DNA from: an uncultured Actinomycetota bacterium
GTDB taxonomy: Bacteria; Actinomycetota; Actinomycetes; Propionibacteriales; Nocardioidaceae
Length of the DNA stretch: 64,000 nt
Direction: 5' to 3'
NCBI GenBank assembly: GCA_963849765.1
Contig: CAWKIP010000013.1
Span: forward strand, 42,752 to 106,751
Below the pieces are notes generated by a model. The model was given only the letters and a program-made list of their open reading frames with translations, was not told where the DNA came from and ran no database searches. Both the position numbers and the translations under genes were made by a program. The first letter of the stretch is position 1. Every line of letters begins with the position of its first letter. Positions 44,589-57,259 of this stretch are shown here, one piece after another.

Positions 44589-46167
44589 ATGGAGCACACG
44601 TACGTCGACGTCGGCGTCGGACCCGTCTCGTTCACCGATGTGGTCGCGGTCGCCCGTGAGGGTGCCGCCGTCCGGCTGGAGGCAGAGGCACTGACGGCGA
44701 TCGACCGCGCGCGAGCCGTGGTCGAGGAGCTGGCGGCGTCGCCGACGCCGACGTACGGCGTCTCGACCGGGCTTCGGCGCGCTCGCGACCCGGCACATCG
44801 CCCCGGAGCTGCGCACGCAGCTCCAGCGCTCGCTGGTCCGGTCGCACGCGGCCGGGTCGGGACCGGAGGTCGAGCGCGAGGTGGTCCGGGGGCTGATGCT
44901 GCTGCGGCTGTCGACGCTGGCGACGGGCCAGACCGGAGTACGCCGCGAGACCGCCGAGCTGCTCGCCGGCCTGCTGACCCACGGCATCACGCCGGTGGTC
45001 TACGAGTACGGGTCGCTCGGGTGCTCCGGAGACCTGGCGCCGCTCGCGCACTGTGCGCTCGCGCTGATGGGGGAGGGCGACGTCCGCAACCGCGACGGCG
45101 ACCTGGTCCCCGCCGCCGACGCGTTGGCCGCCGCCGGCCTGGCTCCGGTGGAGCTGGCCGAGAAGGAGGGCCTCGCGCTCATCAACGGCACCGACGGCAT
45201 GCTCGGCATGCTGGTGCTGGCGATCACCGACCTGCGCCGGCTGCTGCGCACCGCCGACATCGCCGCCGCCATGTCGGTCGAGGGCCAGCTCGGCACCGAC
45301 CGGGTGTTCGCGCCCGAGCTCCAGGCACTGCGCCCGCACCCCGGCCAGGCCGACGCGGCCGCCAACCTGGTCGCGCTCCTCGCCGACTCCGGCGTGGTCG
45401 CCTCGCACCGCGGGCCGGACTGCAACCGGGTCCAGGACGCCTACTCGCTGCGGTGCTCGCCGCAGGTGCACGGCGCCGCCCGCGACACGGTGGAGTACGC
45501 CGCCACCGTGGCCGGTCGCGAGCTGGCCAGCGCGGTCGACAACCCGGTCGTGTCTTGCCGGTCAGGAGGTCGCCGAGCACGTCTCGACAGCGGCCGGCTC
45601 GAGAGCAACGGCAACTTCCACGGCGCGCCGGTCGCCTACGTGCTCGACTTCCTCGCGATCGTGGCAGCCGACGTCGCCTCGATCAGCGAGCGACGTACGG
45701 ACCGGTTCCTCGACAAGGCCCGCAACCACGGCCTGCCACCGTTCCTGGCCGACGACCCGGGCGTCGACAGCGGCCACATGATCGCGCAGTACACGCAGGC
45801 CGCGATCGTCTCCGAGCTCAAGCGGCTGGCCAACCCCGCCAGCGTCGACTCGATCCCGTCGAGCGCGATGCAGGAGGACCACGTGTCGATGGGCTGGTCC
45901 GCCGCCCGCAAGCTGCGCCGTTCGGTCGACGGGCTGACCCGGGTGGTCGCCATCGAGATCCTCACCGCGGCCCGGGCCCTCGATCTCCGAGCGCCGCTGG
46001 AGCCCTCGCCGGCCACCGGCGCCGTCGTACGAACCCTGCGGGACGCCGGCATCGCCGGTCCCGGCCCCGACCGCCACCTCTCGCCCGAGATCGCGACCGC
46101 CGTCTCGCTCGTCCACAGCGGCGCGGTGCTCGCCGCCGCCGAATCCGTGATCGGAGACCTTCGATGA
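44589..46167 (+). CDS. hutH: Histidine ammonia-lyase (frameshift near 44770)
   Basis: [15 protein letters not shown] (MIO triad), [29 protein letters not shown]. Confidence 0.95.
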
Positions 46168-47837
46168 CCGCTCAGCCGAACAATGACCGCCTGCCGATCC
46201 ACGCCCCGCAGGGCACCGAGCTCAGCGCCAAGTCCTGGCAGACCGAGGCGCCGCTGCGGATGCTGATGAACAACCTCGACCCCGAGGTCGCGGAGCGCCC
46301 CGAGGACCTGGTCGTGTACGGCGGCACCGGCAAGGCCGCCCGCAGCTGGGAGGCGTACGACGCGATCCTCCGCACCCTGCGCGAGCTCGAGTCCGACGAG
46401 ACCCTCCTGGTGCAGAGCGGCAAGCCGGTCGGCGTGATGCGGACCCACGAGTGGGCACCGCGCGTGCTCATCGCCAACTCCAACCTGGTCGGGGACTGGG
46501 CGAACTGGGAGGAGTTCCGGCGGCTCGAGGACCTCGGGCTCACCATGTACGGCCAGATGACCGCCGGATCGTGGATCTACATCGGCACCCAGGGCATCCT
46601 CCAGGGCACGTTCGAGACCTTCGCCGCGGTCGCGGACAAGCGGTTCGGCGGGACGCTCGCCGGGACCATCACGCTGACCGCCGGGCTCGGCGGCATGGGT
46701 GGCGCCCAGCCGCTCGCGGTCACCATGAACGACGGTGTCGTGATCTGCATCGAGTGCGACCAGTCGCGGATCTCCCGCCGGATCGAGCACCGCTACCTCG
46801 ACGTCCAGGCAAGCTCCCTCGAGCACGCGCTCGAGCTCGCGACCGAGGCACGGGACGCTCGCCGCGCGCTCTCGATCGGCGTGCTCGGCAATGCCGCCGA
46901 GATGGTGCCGGCGCTGCTCGAGCAGGGGGCGCCGATCGACATCGTCACCGACCAGACCTCGGCGCACGACCCGCTGTTCTACCTGCCGGTCGGAGTGCCG
47001 TTCGAGGAGTGGCAGTCCCAGCGTGAAGCCGACCCCGTCGGCTTCACCAAGGCGGCCCAGGCCGCGATGGCCGCGCACGTGCGGGCGATGGTCGAGTTCC
47101 AGGACCGGGGAGCCGAGGTCTTCGACTACGGCAACTCGATCCGCGACGAGGCGCGCAAGGGCGGCTACGACCGGGCGTTCGAGTTCCCCGGCTTCGTGCC
47201 GGCCTACATCCGGCCGCTGTTCTGCGAGGGCAAGGGGCCGTTCCGCTGGGCGGCGCTGTCCGGCGACCCGGCCGACATCGCCGCGACCGACCGCGCGATC
47301 CTCGAGCTGTTCCCCGACAACGAGCGGCTGCGGAAGTGGATCACCATGGCCCAGGAGCGGGTCCACTTCCAAGGGCTCCCGGCGCGGATCTGCTGGCTCG
47401 GGTACGGCGAACGCCACCTCGCCGGCCTCAAGTTCAACGAGATGGTCGCGTCCGGCGAGCTCTCGGCACCGGTCGTGATCGGCCGCGACCACCTCGACTG
47501 CGGGTCGGTCGCATCGCCGTACCGCGAGACCGAGGGCATGACCGACGGCTCCGACGCCATCGCCGACTGGCCGCTGCTCAACGCGCTCGTCAACACCGCG
47601 TCCGGCGCGACCTGGGTGTCGATCCACCACGGCGGCGGGGTCGGCATGGGACGCTCGATCCATGCCGGACAGGTGTGCGTCGCCGACGGCACCGAGCTCG
47701 CGGCCCAGAAGATCGAGCGGGTGCTCACCAACGACCCGGGCATGGGCGTGATCCGGCACGTCGACGCGGGCTACGACCGCGCCGACGAGGTGGCCGCCGA
47801 GCGCGGGGTCACCGTCCCCATGCAGGACGGTCGATGA
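46164..47837 (+). CDS. hutU: Urocanate hydratase
   Basis: [35 protein letters not shown]. Confidence 0.97.
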   Translation: MTAQPNNDRLPIHAPQGTELSAKSWQTEAPLRMLMNNLDPEVAERPEDLVVYGGTGKAARSWEAYDAILRTLRELESDETLLVQSGKPVGVMRTHEWAPRVLIANSNLVGDWANWEEFRRLEDLGLTMYGQMTAGSWIYIGTQGILQGTFETFAAVADKRFGGTLAGTITLTAGLGGMGGAQPLAVTMNDGVVICIECDQSRISRRIEHRYLDVQASSLEHALELATEARDARRALSIGVLGNAAEMVPALLEQGAPIDIVTDQTSAHDPLFYLPVGVPFEEWQSQREADPVGFTKAAQAAMAAHVRAMVEFQDRGAEVFDYGNSIRDEARKGGYDRAFEFPGFVPAYIRPLFCEGKGPFRWAALSGDPADIAATDRAILELFPDNERLRKWITMAQERVHFQGLPARICWLGYGERHLAGLKFNEMVASGELSAPVVIGRDHLDCGSVASPYRETEGMTDGSDAIADWPLLNALVNTASGATWVSIHHGGGVGMGRSIHAGQVCVADGTELAAQKIERVLTNDPGMGVIRHVDAGYDRADEVAAERGVTVPMQDGR

Positions 47838-49020
47838 CCTTCGAGTCCCTCTGGCGCGACCTGGCGCCGATCGGCCGCTCCGGCCTCGTCGGGCGGCTAC
47901 TTCCGGCAGCCCTGGGCCAGCGCGGAGCTGGAGCTGCGGGTGTGGTTCCGGGAGCAGGCCGCTGCCCGGGAGCCTGGCGGTCGAGGAGGACCCGTTCGGC
48001 AACCTGGTCGCCTGGTGGCGGCCCGCCCCCGTGGCCGGTCGGGTCGACGTGCTGGGCGTCCTCACCGGCTCCCACCTCGACAGCGTCCTCGACGGCGGTG
48101 CGTACGACGGCCCGCTCGGTGTCGTCTCCGCGCTGGCCGCGATCGACCGGATGCGCGAGCGGGGCGTGCAGCCCGCCCGCGCGCTGGGCGTCGGGGTGTT
48201 CGTCGAGGAGGAGGGGTCCCGCTTCGGCCGGGCCTGCCTGGGCTCCCGGCTCGCCACCGGTGCCGCGCAGTGGGAGGACGTGGAGGGACTGACCGACCGC
48301 GACGGCGTACGTCTCGGCGTGACCTCGTGCGCCGGCGGCGCGCCGACGCCGTGGCTGGACCAGGTCGGCTCGTTCGTGGAGCTGCACGTCGAGCAGGGGC
48401 GTGGCCTCGTCGACCAGGACGCGCCGGTCGGAGTGGCGAGCGGGATCTGGCCGCACGGGCGCTGGCGGTTCGACGTCGCCGGCCGCGCCGACCATGCCGG
48501 GACGACCCGGATGGAGGACCGCGCCGACCCGATGCTCACCTACGCGATGACCGCCCTCGCCGCCAACAAGCAGGCCCGGCTGGCCGGGCAGCGCGCGACC
48601 TTCGGCCGGATCGAGGCCCACCCCAACGGCACCAACGCCGTACCGTCCCGCGTCACCGCCTGGCTCGACGCCCGCGCCGACTCCGACGAGGCCCTCGCCG
48701 ACCTGGTCGCCGCGATCGAGAAGCAGGGCGCCGAGCGGGCCGCACGCGACGGCACCCTGCTCGCGGTCACGCCCGAGTCGGTGACCGGCGAGGTCGCCTT
48801 CGACGTACCGCTCGCCGAAGCGGTCGGGGCCGGGCTGCCGGTGCTGCCGACCCAGGCCGGCCACGACGCCGGCGTGCTCCAGGCGGCCGGGATCCCGTCC
48901 GCGATGCTCTTCGTCCGCAACCCGACCGGCGTCTCGCACTCGCCGGAGGAGTTCGCCGAGACCGCCGACTGCGAGGCCGGCGTCGACGCGCTGGCCACCG
49001 CGCTGACGGGTCGTGGCTGA
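47834..49020 (+). CDS. Allantoate amidohydrolase-family (M20) hydrolase, frameshifted
   Basis: GSHLDSV..GG.YDG, EEEG.RF, ELHVEQG, HAGTT, AGHDA, SHSPEE. Confidence 0.9.
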
Positions 49021-50163
49021 CGTGACGCGGCTGACGGTCCCCGGCGTTGGCGAACGCCCACTCGCACGCGTTCCACCGCGCGCTGCGCGGGCGCACCCAG
49101 CAGGGCACGGGGAGCTTCTGGACCTGGCGCGAGCAGATGTACGACCTCGCCGCGCGACTCACCCCGGACCTCTACTTCGACCTGGCGCGCGCGGTGTACG
49201 CCGAGATGCTGGCCGGCGGGATCTCCGCGGTGGGGGAGTTCCACTACCTGCACCACCAGGCCGACGGGACGCCGTACGACGATCCCAACGAGATGGGGCG
49301 CGCCCTCCTCGCCGCCGCCGACGACGTCGGGATCCGGATCCGGCTGCTCGACACCTGCTACCTGACGGCAGGGATCGGACAGCCGGCCGAGGGCGTGCAG
49401 CGGAGGTTCAGCGACGGCTCGGCCGACGCGTGGGCGCGAGCGGATCGCGGCGTTCGACGACGACCGGGTCGGCGCGGCGATCCACAGTGTGCGCGCGGTG
49501 CCGGCGGACCAGATGAGCACGGTCGCGGCGTGGACGGCGGTCTGGCCGCTGCACGTCCACCTCTCCGAGCAGCCGGCGGAGAACGACGCCTGCCGCGCGG
49601 CGTACGGGCTCACCCCGACCGCGTTGCTCGCCGAGGCCGGGGTCCTCGGCCCGCGGACGACGCTGGTCCACGCGACGCACGTGACCGATGCCGACGTCCG
49701 GATGATCGGCGACGCGGGGTGCTTCGTCTGTCTCTGCCCGACGACGGAGCGGGACCTGGCCGACGGCCTCGGTCGGGGTGCCGACCTGCGCGCTGCGGGT
49801 GCGCGGATCTCGCTCGGGAGCGACAGTCACGCCGTGGTCGACCTCTTCGAGGAGATGCGCGGGGTCGAGATGCACGACCGGCTGCGCACCGGGGTGCGCG
49901 GCCACTGGACGGCCCAGGCCCTGCTCGACTGCGCGACGGTGCACGGCCACGCGTCGCTCGGACTGGAGGGTGTCGGGATCGTCACCCTCGATCCGGCGAG
50001 CCCGCGAACGGCCGGCGCCGGGGCGGACGAGCATGCGGCGGTGTTCGCCGCGACGGCTGCCGACGTGACCGAGGTCGTGATCGACGGCCAGGTGGTCTTC
50101 GACGGCGACCACGCGCGCGTCGGCCGCGAGCTCGAGGCCGCGATCGAGAAGGTGTGCCCGTGA
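49013..50163 (+). CDS. hutF: Formimidoylglutamate deiminase, frameshifted
   Basis: NAHSHAFHRALRG, EFHYLH, HVHLSEQ, CPTTERDL, GSDS. Confidence 0.92.
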
Positions 50164-50256
50164 GCGAGCTACGCGGCCGGAATGAACCTGCAAGCCGACG
50201 ACGGCATGCCAACCAAAGTCTCGCGTGCGAGCGAACGAAGCTGGTCGACCCGTGAG
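50157..50256 (+). mobile_element. 92-bp insert bounded by CCCGTGAG direct repeats, carrying a bridging 31-codon ORF
   Basis: CCCGTGAG at 50157-50164 and 50249-50256; ORF from GTG 50160 to TGA 50255. Confidence 0.5.
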
Positions 50257-51425
50257 TGTCCTCATCACCAACATCGGCGAGCTGGTCACCAACGACCCGG
50301 CTGCCGACGACCTGCTCGGTGTCCGGACCGACGCCGGGATCGTGCTCGACGAGGGGCTCGTCGCGTGGGTCGGGAGTGCTGCCGACGCGCCCGCTGCGGA
50401 CGAGGTGGTCGACGCGGCCGGTCGCGCGGTGCTGCCGGGTTTCGTCGACAGCCACAGCCACCTGGTGTTCGCGGGTGATCGGGCCGAGGAGTTCCGTGCG
50501 CGGATGGCGGGGGAGCGGTACGCCGCCGGCGGCATCCGTACGACGGTCGCCGCCACCCGTGCCGCCAGCGACGACGCCCTCGCGGCCAACGTCGAGCGGC
50601 TCGTGGCCGAGATGCGGCGCCAGGGCACGACCACCGTCGAGATCAAGTCCGGCTACGGCCTCACCGTCTCCGACGAGGCGAGGTCGCTGGAGGTGGCAGC
50701 CCGGTTCACCGACGAGACGACGTTCCTCGGGGCGCACGTCGTGCCGCCGGAGTACGCCGACGACGCCGGCCGGCTACGTCGCGCTGGTCACCGGCCCGAT
50801 GCTCACCGCCGCAGCGCCCCACGCGCGGTGGATCGACGTCTTCTGCGAGACCGGTGCGTTCGACGAGGACCAGGCGCGGGCGGTCCTGGCGGCCGGCGCC
50901 GCTGTCGGACTGCGCGGCCGGCTGCACGCCAACCAGCTCGGACCCGGCCCTGGCGTCGCGCTTGCCGCCGAGCTCGGGCTGGCCGCGGTCGACCACTGCA
51001 CCTACCTGACCGACGCCGACGTCGACGCGCTGCGGGACAGCGGCACGATCGCCACCCTGCTGCCCGGTGTCGAGTTCTCGACGAAGCAGCCCTATCCCGA
51101 CGCACGCCGGCTGCTCGACGCCGGCGTCCGGGTCGCGCTGGCGAGCGACTGCAACCCCGGCTCGTCCTACACGAGCTCGATCCCGCTCTGCATCGCGCTG
51201 GCCGTGCGGGAGATGGGCATGACGCCCGCCGAGGCCGTGCACGCGGTGACCGCGGGCGGCGCGGCCGCGCTCGGGCGCGCTGACGTCGGCGCGCTGGTGC
51301 CGGGGAGGCGGGCGGACGTCGTACTCCTCGAGGCGCCGAGCCACGTGCACCTCGCCTACCGCCCCGGCGTGCCGTTGGTCCGGCAGGTCTGGCTGGGCGG
51401 CGAGGCTGGCTACCAGAGCCCGTAG
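50252..51425 (+). CDS. hutI: Imidazolonepropionase (frameshift near 50765)
   Basis: [32 protein letters not shown]. Confidence 0.94.
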
Positions 51426-52135
51426 ATCGGCCCGACGAGGAAGAACGACACGAAGCCGATCGTGTCGACGAAGCCATGGGCCAGGATCGGCGCCCAGAGT
51501 GTCGACTGCCAGTAGCGCAGCACTCCGTAGACCAGGGCGTCGAAGCCCGCGATCACAGCGCCCACGACCCCTTGCTCGGTGTGCAGGGTCGCGAAGAGCA
51601 CGGCGGAGAAGGCGAGCGCGACGACGACGCCGGTTCGGGAATCGCCCAACAGGTCGGTGGTCCGGGTGAGCAGGTAGCCACGGAACGCCAGTTCCTCCAC
51701 GAACGCGGCCAGGGTCCATCCGAGCACGAGATACAGGGCGAGCAGGGCGAGGTTCCCCTGCAGGTCGGCGAATCCGCTGAGGTCCTGGTGCCCTCCGCTG
51801 ACGTGGTTGGCGATCGGCATCAGCAAGGCGATGTTCAACAGGGACATGCCGACGGCGACGCCCAGCATCTGGCCGACCAGACGCACCGGACGAGCCACCC
51901 GGTGGAAGCCCAGCGAGGCGGGGCCGGTACGACGCACGACGAGTGACAGCGAAGCCATCGCCACCAGGACCAGTGACGGGATGAGTGCGTCGGACAGCAC
52001 GGCGATCGCAGCCGCAACGAGCTCGAGGCCCGCAACGACGCGCCAGCCGCGAGCAGCGCCGGGGCCCGTTGCTCCCGCGCGCCGGAGGGACGTCTGGGCC
52101 TCGGTGGGGGCCGCTACCCGTTCGGTGCCGACCAT
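51410..52135 (-). CDS. CPBP/Abi (CAAX protease) family intramembrane protease
   Basis: [19 protein letters not shown] motifs. Confidence 0.88.
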   Translation of the reverse strand: MVGTERVAAPTEAQTSLRRAGATGPGAARGWRVVAGLELVAAAIAVLSDALIPSLVLVAMASLSLVVRRTGPASLGFHRVARPVRLVGQMLGVAVGMSLLNIALLMPIANHVSGGHQDLSGFADLQGNLALLALYLVLGWTLAAFVEELAFRGYLLTRTTDLLGDSRTGVVVALAFSAVLFATLHTEQGVVGAVIAGFDALVYGVLRYWQSTLWAPILAHGFVDTIGFVSFFLVGPIYGLW

Positions 52136-52563
52136 GGTTGCTGCCCGCCGTCCGACCGGGCGTGGGCGATCGCGAGGAAGCCGGTGCACGACGGCCCCGA
52201 ACGGCGGCGCGATCAGCGCGGCGAGTGGGATCTGCGTGGGGTCGGTGCCCGTGATCAGCGGGGCACGGCGATTGCCACAACGGCGACGAAGGCCCAGACC
52301 AACGAGACACTGACGACGAGATCGCGAGCGCTCCCGCCCCGGCCGGCCATGACGACGTACCCGATCGCGGCGGCCGTCCACGGCCAGACTGTCAGGGCAG
52401 CCAGCGGCAGGTGCTCCTGCTCACTGCCGGTGACCATGTCTGGAGCCATGACTGCCAGCGCGGTGGAAGCGGCGACCACTGTCACGACGGCCGCAGCAGG
52501 ACGGTCCCACCATGCCGGACTGCGGGTGTTCTCCGATGGCGTGCTCGTCGTGAGGTGAGTCAT
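52130..52563 (-). CDS. Small four-TM hypothetical membrane protein (frameshifted; end approximate)
   Basis: AGGAGG RBS; hydrophobic segments; internal repeat PDMVTGSEQEHLPLAAL / PLITGTDPTQIPLAAL. Confidence 0.6.
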
Positions 52564-52735
52564 CGCGCCCTCCTGGTTGCTTCCATCCAACGCCGCGGAC
52601 GGTGGCGTGTGGAGGGGCAAAGGTCCCCGGCGCGGGGTGCGGAACTACCTCGGTTCGACCGGGTGCGCAGCAGCCCGACCACGCACGCCTGGCACCGTTG
52701 ACGCTCCGGTCGCGCGGGCGGACACTGGGCGCGTG

Positions 52736-54085
52736 GTGACGCGTCGCGCAAGCCGCGCTCTCGGTCCCGTCCTGGTCGGATCCCTGGCCGTGACGCTGGT
52801 CCCGGCTGCGGCGGCGCAGCGAAGGACCGAGGTGGTTCCGGGGACCGGAACGTCGCGGTGGAGGTCCCCTCTCAGGACGGCACCATCCGACGGATCTGGA
52901 TGAAGGAGTCGGACCAAGGCGCCACCGAGGGCGTGGCGCATGCCGACGTCACGCCGATCCAGGTCTCTGGTCCGGTGGGCAACCGGATCGACCTGGTGTT
53001 CGTGGGTGACGGCTACACCCGCGCCGATCTCGACACCTTCCACCAGCACGTCGAGAGCAAGTGGGAGGAGCTGGCGTGGGAGCGATACGGAGCTTTAACT
53101 GTGGTGATGTGTTGTGGGAGGTAAGGCGACTCGACACCTTCACCAGCACGTGAGAGCAAGTGGGAGGAGCTGGCAGTCGGTCGAGCCGTTCCTCACCTAC
53201 CGCGAGCTCTTCAACGTGTGGGCGGTCGACGTGGTCTCGCGCGACTCCGGCGTCGACAACGACCCCACCCAGGGCATCGAGCGTGACACGGCGCTCGACT
53301 CGTACTTCTTCTGCTTCGCCATCGAGCGCCTGCTGTGCGGCAACCGCGGCCGCGCCTACAGCTACGCGAGCCAGGCTCCGGCCGTCGACCACGTGGTGCT
53401 GCTGGCGAATTCGACGAAGTACGGCGGCGCGGGCTACACCCTCGGCGCGATGGCGACCGCGTCCGGCGGGCACGCGCTGTCGGGACAGATCGTGGTCCAC
53501 GAGCTCGGCCACTCGATCGGCCAGCTCGCCGACGAGTACGAGTACGGCGGCCCGGAGACCTACACCGGGCCGGAGCCGCGCGAGGCCAACGTGTCGACGT
53601 ACACCGCGGACGAGATGGCCGCCGAGCAGCTCAAGTGGTGGAAGTGGCTCGGCGAGGAGTCACCGGACGGCGGCACGGTCGGCACCTACGAGAGCGCGAA
53701 CTACTCGCTCTACGGGATCTACCGGCCGACCGAGGCCTCCCTGATGCGGGTCCTGAACAGCGAGTTCAACCTGCCGGGTCGCGAGGCGATGATCGAGCAG
53801 TTCTACCTGCTGGCTCCACCCCTCGGCAGCGTCGGTGATGCGCGGATCCGCGGGAACGCGACCGTGGACCTCGGCCTACCCGACCTGGTCGGCGCCAGCT
53901 ACGACATCACCTGGTACGTCGACGGGGTCGAGGTCGCCGCATGGGCCGACCAGGAGACCGTCCAGCTCAACCTGACCGGCCGCCACCGCCTCGATGCCCG
54001 GATCGTCGACCCCACGCCGTACGTGCGCGACGAGCAGTTCCGCGACAGCCACATGACGTTCCGTCTTTCGTGGAACGTGTCCTGA
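52736..54085 (+). CDS. Secreted M64 (IgA peptidase-like) metallopeptidase; frameshifts and local duplication
   Basis: Signal peptide; RIDLVFVGDGY, YGGAG, HELGHSIGQLADEY, SLMR. Confidence 0.85.
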
Positions 54086-54091
54086 CGGGGA

Positions 54092-56337
54092 TCAGCGGAG
54101 CTCGGCGCAGGTAGCCGCCAGCGCCGACGCCAGCTGGTCGACGTGCTCGTCAGCGAAGACCAGTGGGGGTCGGATCTTCAGCGTGGCGCGGTCGCGACCG
54201 GTGCGGCCGATGAGCACCCCACGGTCCCGCATGCCCTCCACGATCCTGCCGGCGCGTTCGGCGTCCGGCTGCCCGGTGGCAGGGTCGACGATGTCGACGG
54301 CGAGCGCCAGCCCCCAGCCGCGCACCGCCGACAGGTCCGGGTGCCGGTCGCGACCTCGGACAGGGCGTCCGAGCAGGTGCGCACCCACGACGGCGGCACG
54401 GTCGACGAGACCCTCCTCGTCGATGGTGCGCAGCACCGCGAGCGCCGCGGCACAGGCGGCGGTGCTGCCGCCGAAGGTGCTGAAGTAGTCGGTGCCCTGC
54501 ACGAACGGGTCCACCAGGGCGGCCGGACCGATGACGGCGGCCACCGGGTAGCCGTTGCCCATCGGCTTGCCCAGGGTGACGAGGTCGGCCGGCACGTCAC
54601 CGGCCACGAAGCTCCACAGGTGCTCGTCCGGTACGGCCGTGGCCCGCCTGCACCTCGTCGGCGACGTACAACCCGCCTGCGTCGTGGACGGCCGCGGCAG
54701 CCGCCCGCGTCCACTCGTGGGCGGGCCCGAGCACCCCGTCGCTGGTGAAGACCCCGTCGACGAGCATCGCGGCCACTCCGTGGCCGGACGTCTCCAGGCT
54801 GCGGACCGCGTCGACGACGCCCGAGGGCTCGGGCGGCGGCGGCACGACCCGGATGTGGGCAGGCGGGCCCGCGCCGCGCCAGCTCTCGGGGGAGAACGCG
54901 TAGGTGGCCTCGGTGACGCCGTGGTAGGCCCACTCGGTGGCGATGCCGCCCGCCATGCCGGTGGCGTGGCGCGCGATCCGCCAGGCCAGGTCGTTGGCCT
55001 CGCTCCCCGAGTTGACGAGCAGCACCCGGTCGAAGCGTTCCGGAACGGTCGCCAGCAGCCGCTCGGCGAGCTCGACGGGCGCGTCCTGGAGGTAGCGGCT
55101 GTTGGTGTTGAGCGTCGCCAGCTGGGCACTCGCCGCCTCCACCACGGCTGGGTGGGAGTGGCCGAGCACGGGCACGTTGTTGTAGGCGTCGAGGTAGCGC
55201 CGGCCGTCCGCGGCATGCGAGTACGACGCCCTCACCCCTGACGAGGTGCAGCGGCTGGTCGTAGCTCAGCTCCTGGCCGCCGAACGAGCGCGCCCGGGCG
55301 TCGGTCAACGTCTCCGTGGGCCGGCCGGCCCGGGGCGGCGTCGTCGTGAACCGGGTCGCCAGGGCGTCCAGCCCGGCGGCCAGCATCATCTCGAGCCGGA
55401 CGAAGGCCTCGTCGTCGATCGCCGGCGCCCACCCCTGCTCGCGGGTGCGCCAAGCGGTGATGAGGACGCTCGCGGCGTACCGGCCGGCCATCAGGTCGGC
55501 GACGAGTGCGAGCTCCTCCGGCTCGAGCGGGGTGACCGAGTGATAGCCGGCGACCACCTCGCTCGCCCGCTCGAGCCCGTCCGCGCGCCCGCTGAGCACG
55601 TCGGCCGCTGCGACCGCCAGGTCGCAGACCAGGGCGGTGTGGGTCAGGTCGCCGAAGTCGGTGATGCCCGTGACGACCAGGCCGTCGTCCACCAGCACGT
55701 TGGTCGGCGCCAGGTCGTTGTGCACGACCTGGGCGCGCAGCCTGGGCAGCGCAGGGACGACCTGCTGGTCGAAGCGGTCGAGCACCGCTTCGACAGCCGG
55801 TCGCCGGTCCGCCGCGACCGCGGAGAGCCAGGGCCGTAGCTGTGGCAGTCGCTTGATGTCCCACAAGATCGGATGGGTCGCGGCCGGGTGGGCGAAGCCC
55901 CGCAGCGCCCGCCCGAGCCGGGCACTCGTGCGCCCCCACTCGTGCAGGTCCACGGCGTCGGGCTCGGGGTGCCGGCCATCCAGCCAGGTCAGCACCCACG
56001 CCAGCGATCGGCGGCCGTCGCGGCCGGTCAGCTGCACCCATGGCCGGCCGTCGCGGGTGGGTACGACGTCAGGTACCGGCAGGTCGGGGGCCACCGACCG
56101 CAGGTGCCGCAGCGCCGAGCACTGCAGGTCGAGCACCGACTCGCGGTCGGCCGGGTTGTGCACCTTGAGCAGATGGCGCCCAGCACCGAAGTCGAGCCGG
56201 AAGTTGCGGTCCCGCTCTCCGTGCAGCGGCGTGAGGTCGCCGGTCAGGCCCCAGTGCGTCGCGACCGAGGCCAGCAGGTCGTCGAGGTCGAGGTCGGGAC
56301 TCGGCACGGACAGCGGGTCGTCGTGGGTCGCGCTCAC
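54092..56337 (-). CDS. Fused APH-like kinase / class-III aminotransferase (phospho-lyase-like), frameshifted
   Basis: GERDRNF, HNDL..N and DFGD kinase motifs; YLDAYNNV, NSGSEAN, DEVQAG.GR, LGKPMGNG, FSTFGG. Confidence 0.87.
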
Positions 56338-56338
56338 G

Positions 56339-57259
56339 TCAGGCCGGCCCCTCCTTGTCGAAGACCACGGGACTCTTCGGGCGGGTGTCGACGTGCAGCG
56401 TGAAGACGTCGGGTCGTGCGTAGTGACCCACGGGGTCGAACATCCTCCTCTGCTGCTGCACCTCGGCCAGGTCGAGGTCGGCGTAGAGGATCTCCTCGCG
56501 CTCCAGGACCGGTCCGGCGATCACCTTGCCTCCCGGCGCCACGATCGTGGTGAGACCCCGGGACATCCAGTCGTCCTCCAGCCCGTAGATCGCTCCGCGC
56601 AGGTCCTCGGGTACGTCGGAGCCGCGCAGCAGCGGCGCGACGCCGATGACGAACTGCCTGCCCTCCTTGGCGATGTGCCGCAAGGTGCTCACCCACGTGT
56701 CGCTGGTGTCCCACGTCGGAGCCAGGTAGATGTCGCACTGCTGCGCGTAGATCGCGGCGCGTGCCAGCGGCATGTAGTTCTCCCAGCACAGCAACCCTCC
56801 GACGACGCCGAACGGCGTGGTCACCACACCGAGCTCCGAGCCGTCGCCCATGCCCCACACGGTCCGTTCCCCGCCCGTCGGCATCAGCTTGCGGTGCCGC
56901 TGCAACAGCCGTCCGTCCGGGCCGAGGTAGAGAAGGGTGTTGTACAGCGTGCCGCCGTCGATCTCGGTCACCCCGATGACGACGTACGCCGACGCCTCCG
57001 CTGCGGCCTCGCCGATGCGCTGCAGGGTCGGTCCCGGGACGCTCACGGCGTTCGCGTAGAAGCGCTTCACGAACTCCTGGTCGCTCCACGCCGGGGTGCG
57101 CCACACCCAGTCCGGATAGGCCGGGATGAAGGACTCCCCGAAGACGATCAGCTCAGCGCCGTGCTCCGCTGCCTCCTTGACCAGGGCGCAGACCTTGTCC
57201 GTGGTCGCCTCCAGATCGAGGAACACGGGAGTTGCCTGTACGGCGGCCACAGTGACCAT
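56339..57259 (-). CDS. Nitrilase (carbon-nitrogen hydrolase, branch 1-like)
   Basis: E-K-C triad: FGESFIPAYP, HRKLMPT, CWENYMP; DPVGHYARPD. Confidence 0.9.
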   Translation of the reverse strand: MVTVAAVQATPVFLDLEATTDKVCALVKEAAEHGAELIVFGESFIPAYPDWVWRTPAWSDQEFVKRFYANAVSVPGPTLQRIGEAAAEASAYVVIGVTEIDGGTLYNTLLYLGPDGRLLQRHRKLMPTGGERTVWGMGDGSELGVVTTPFGVVGGLLCWENYMPLARAAIYAQQCDIYLAPTWDTSDTWVSTLRHIAKEGRQFVIGVAPLLRGSDVPEDLRGAIYGLEDDWMSRGLTTIVAPGGKVIAGPVLEREEILYADLDLAEVQQQRRMFDPVGHYARPDVFTLHVDTRPKSPVVFDKEGPA

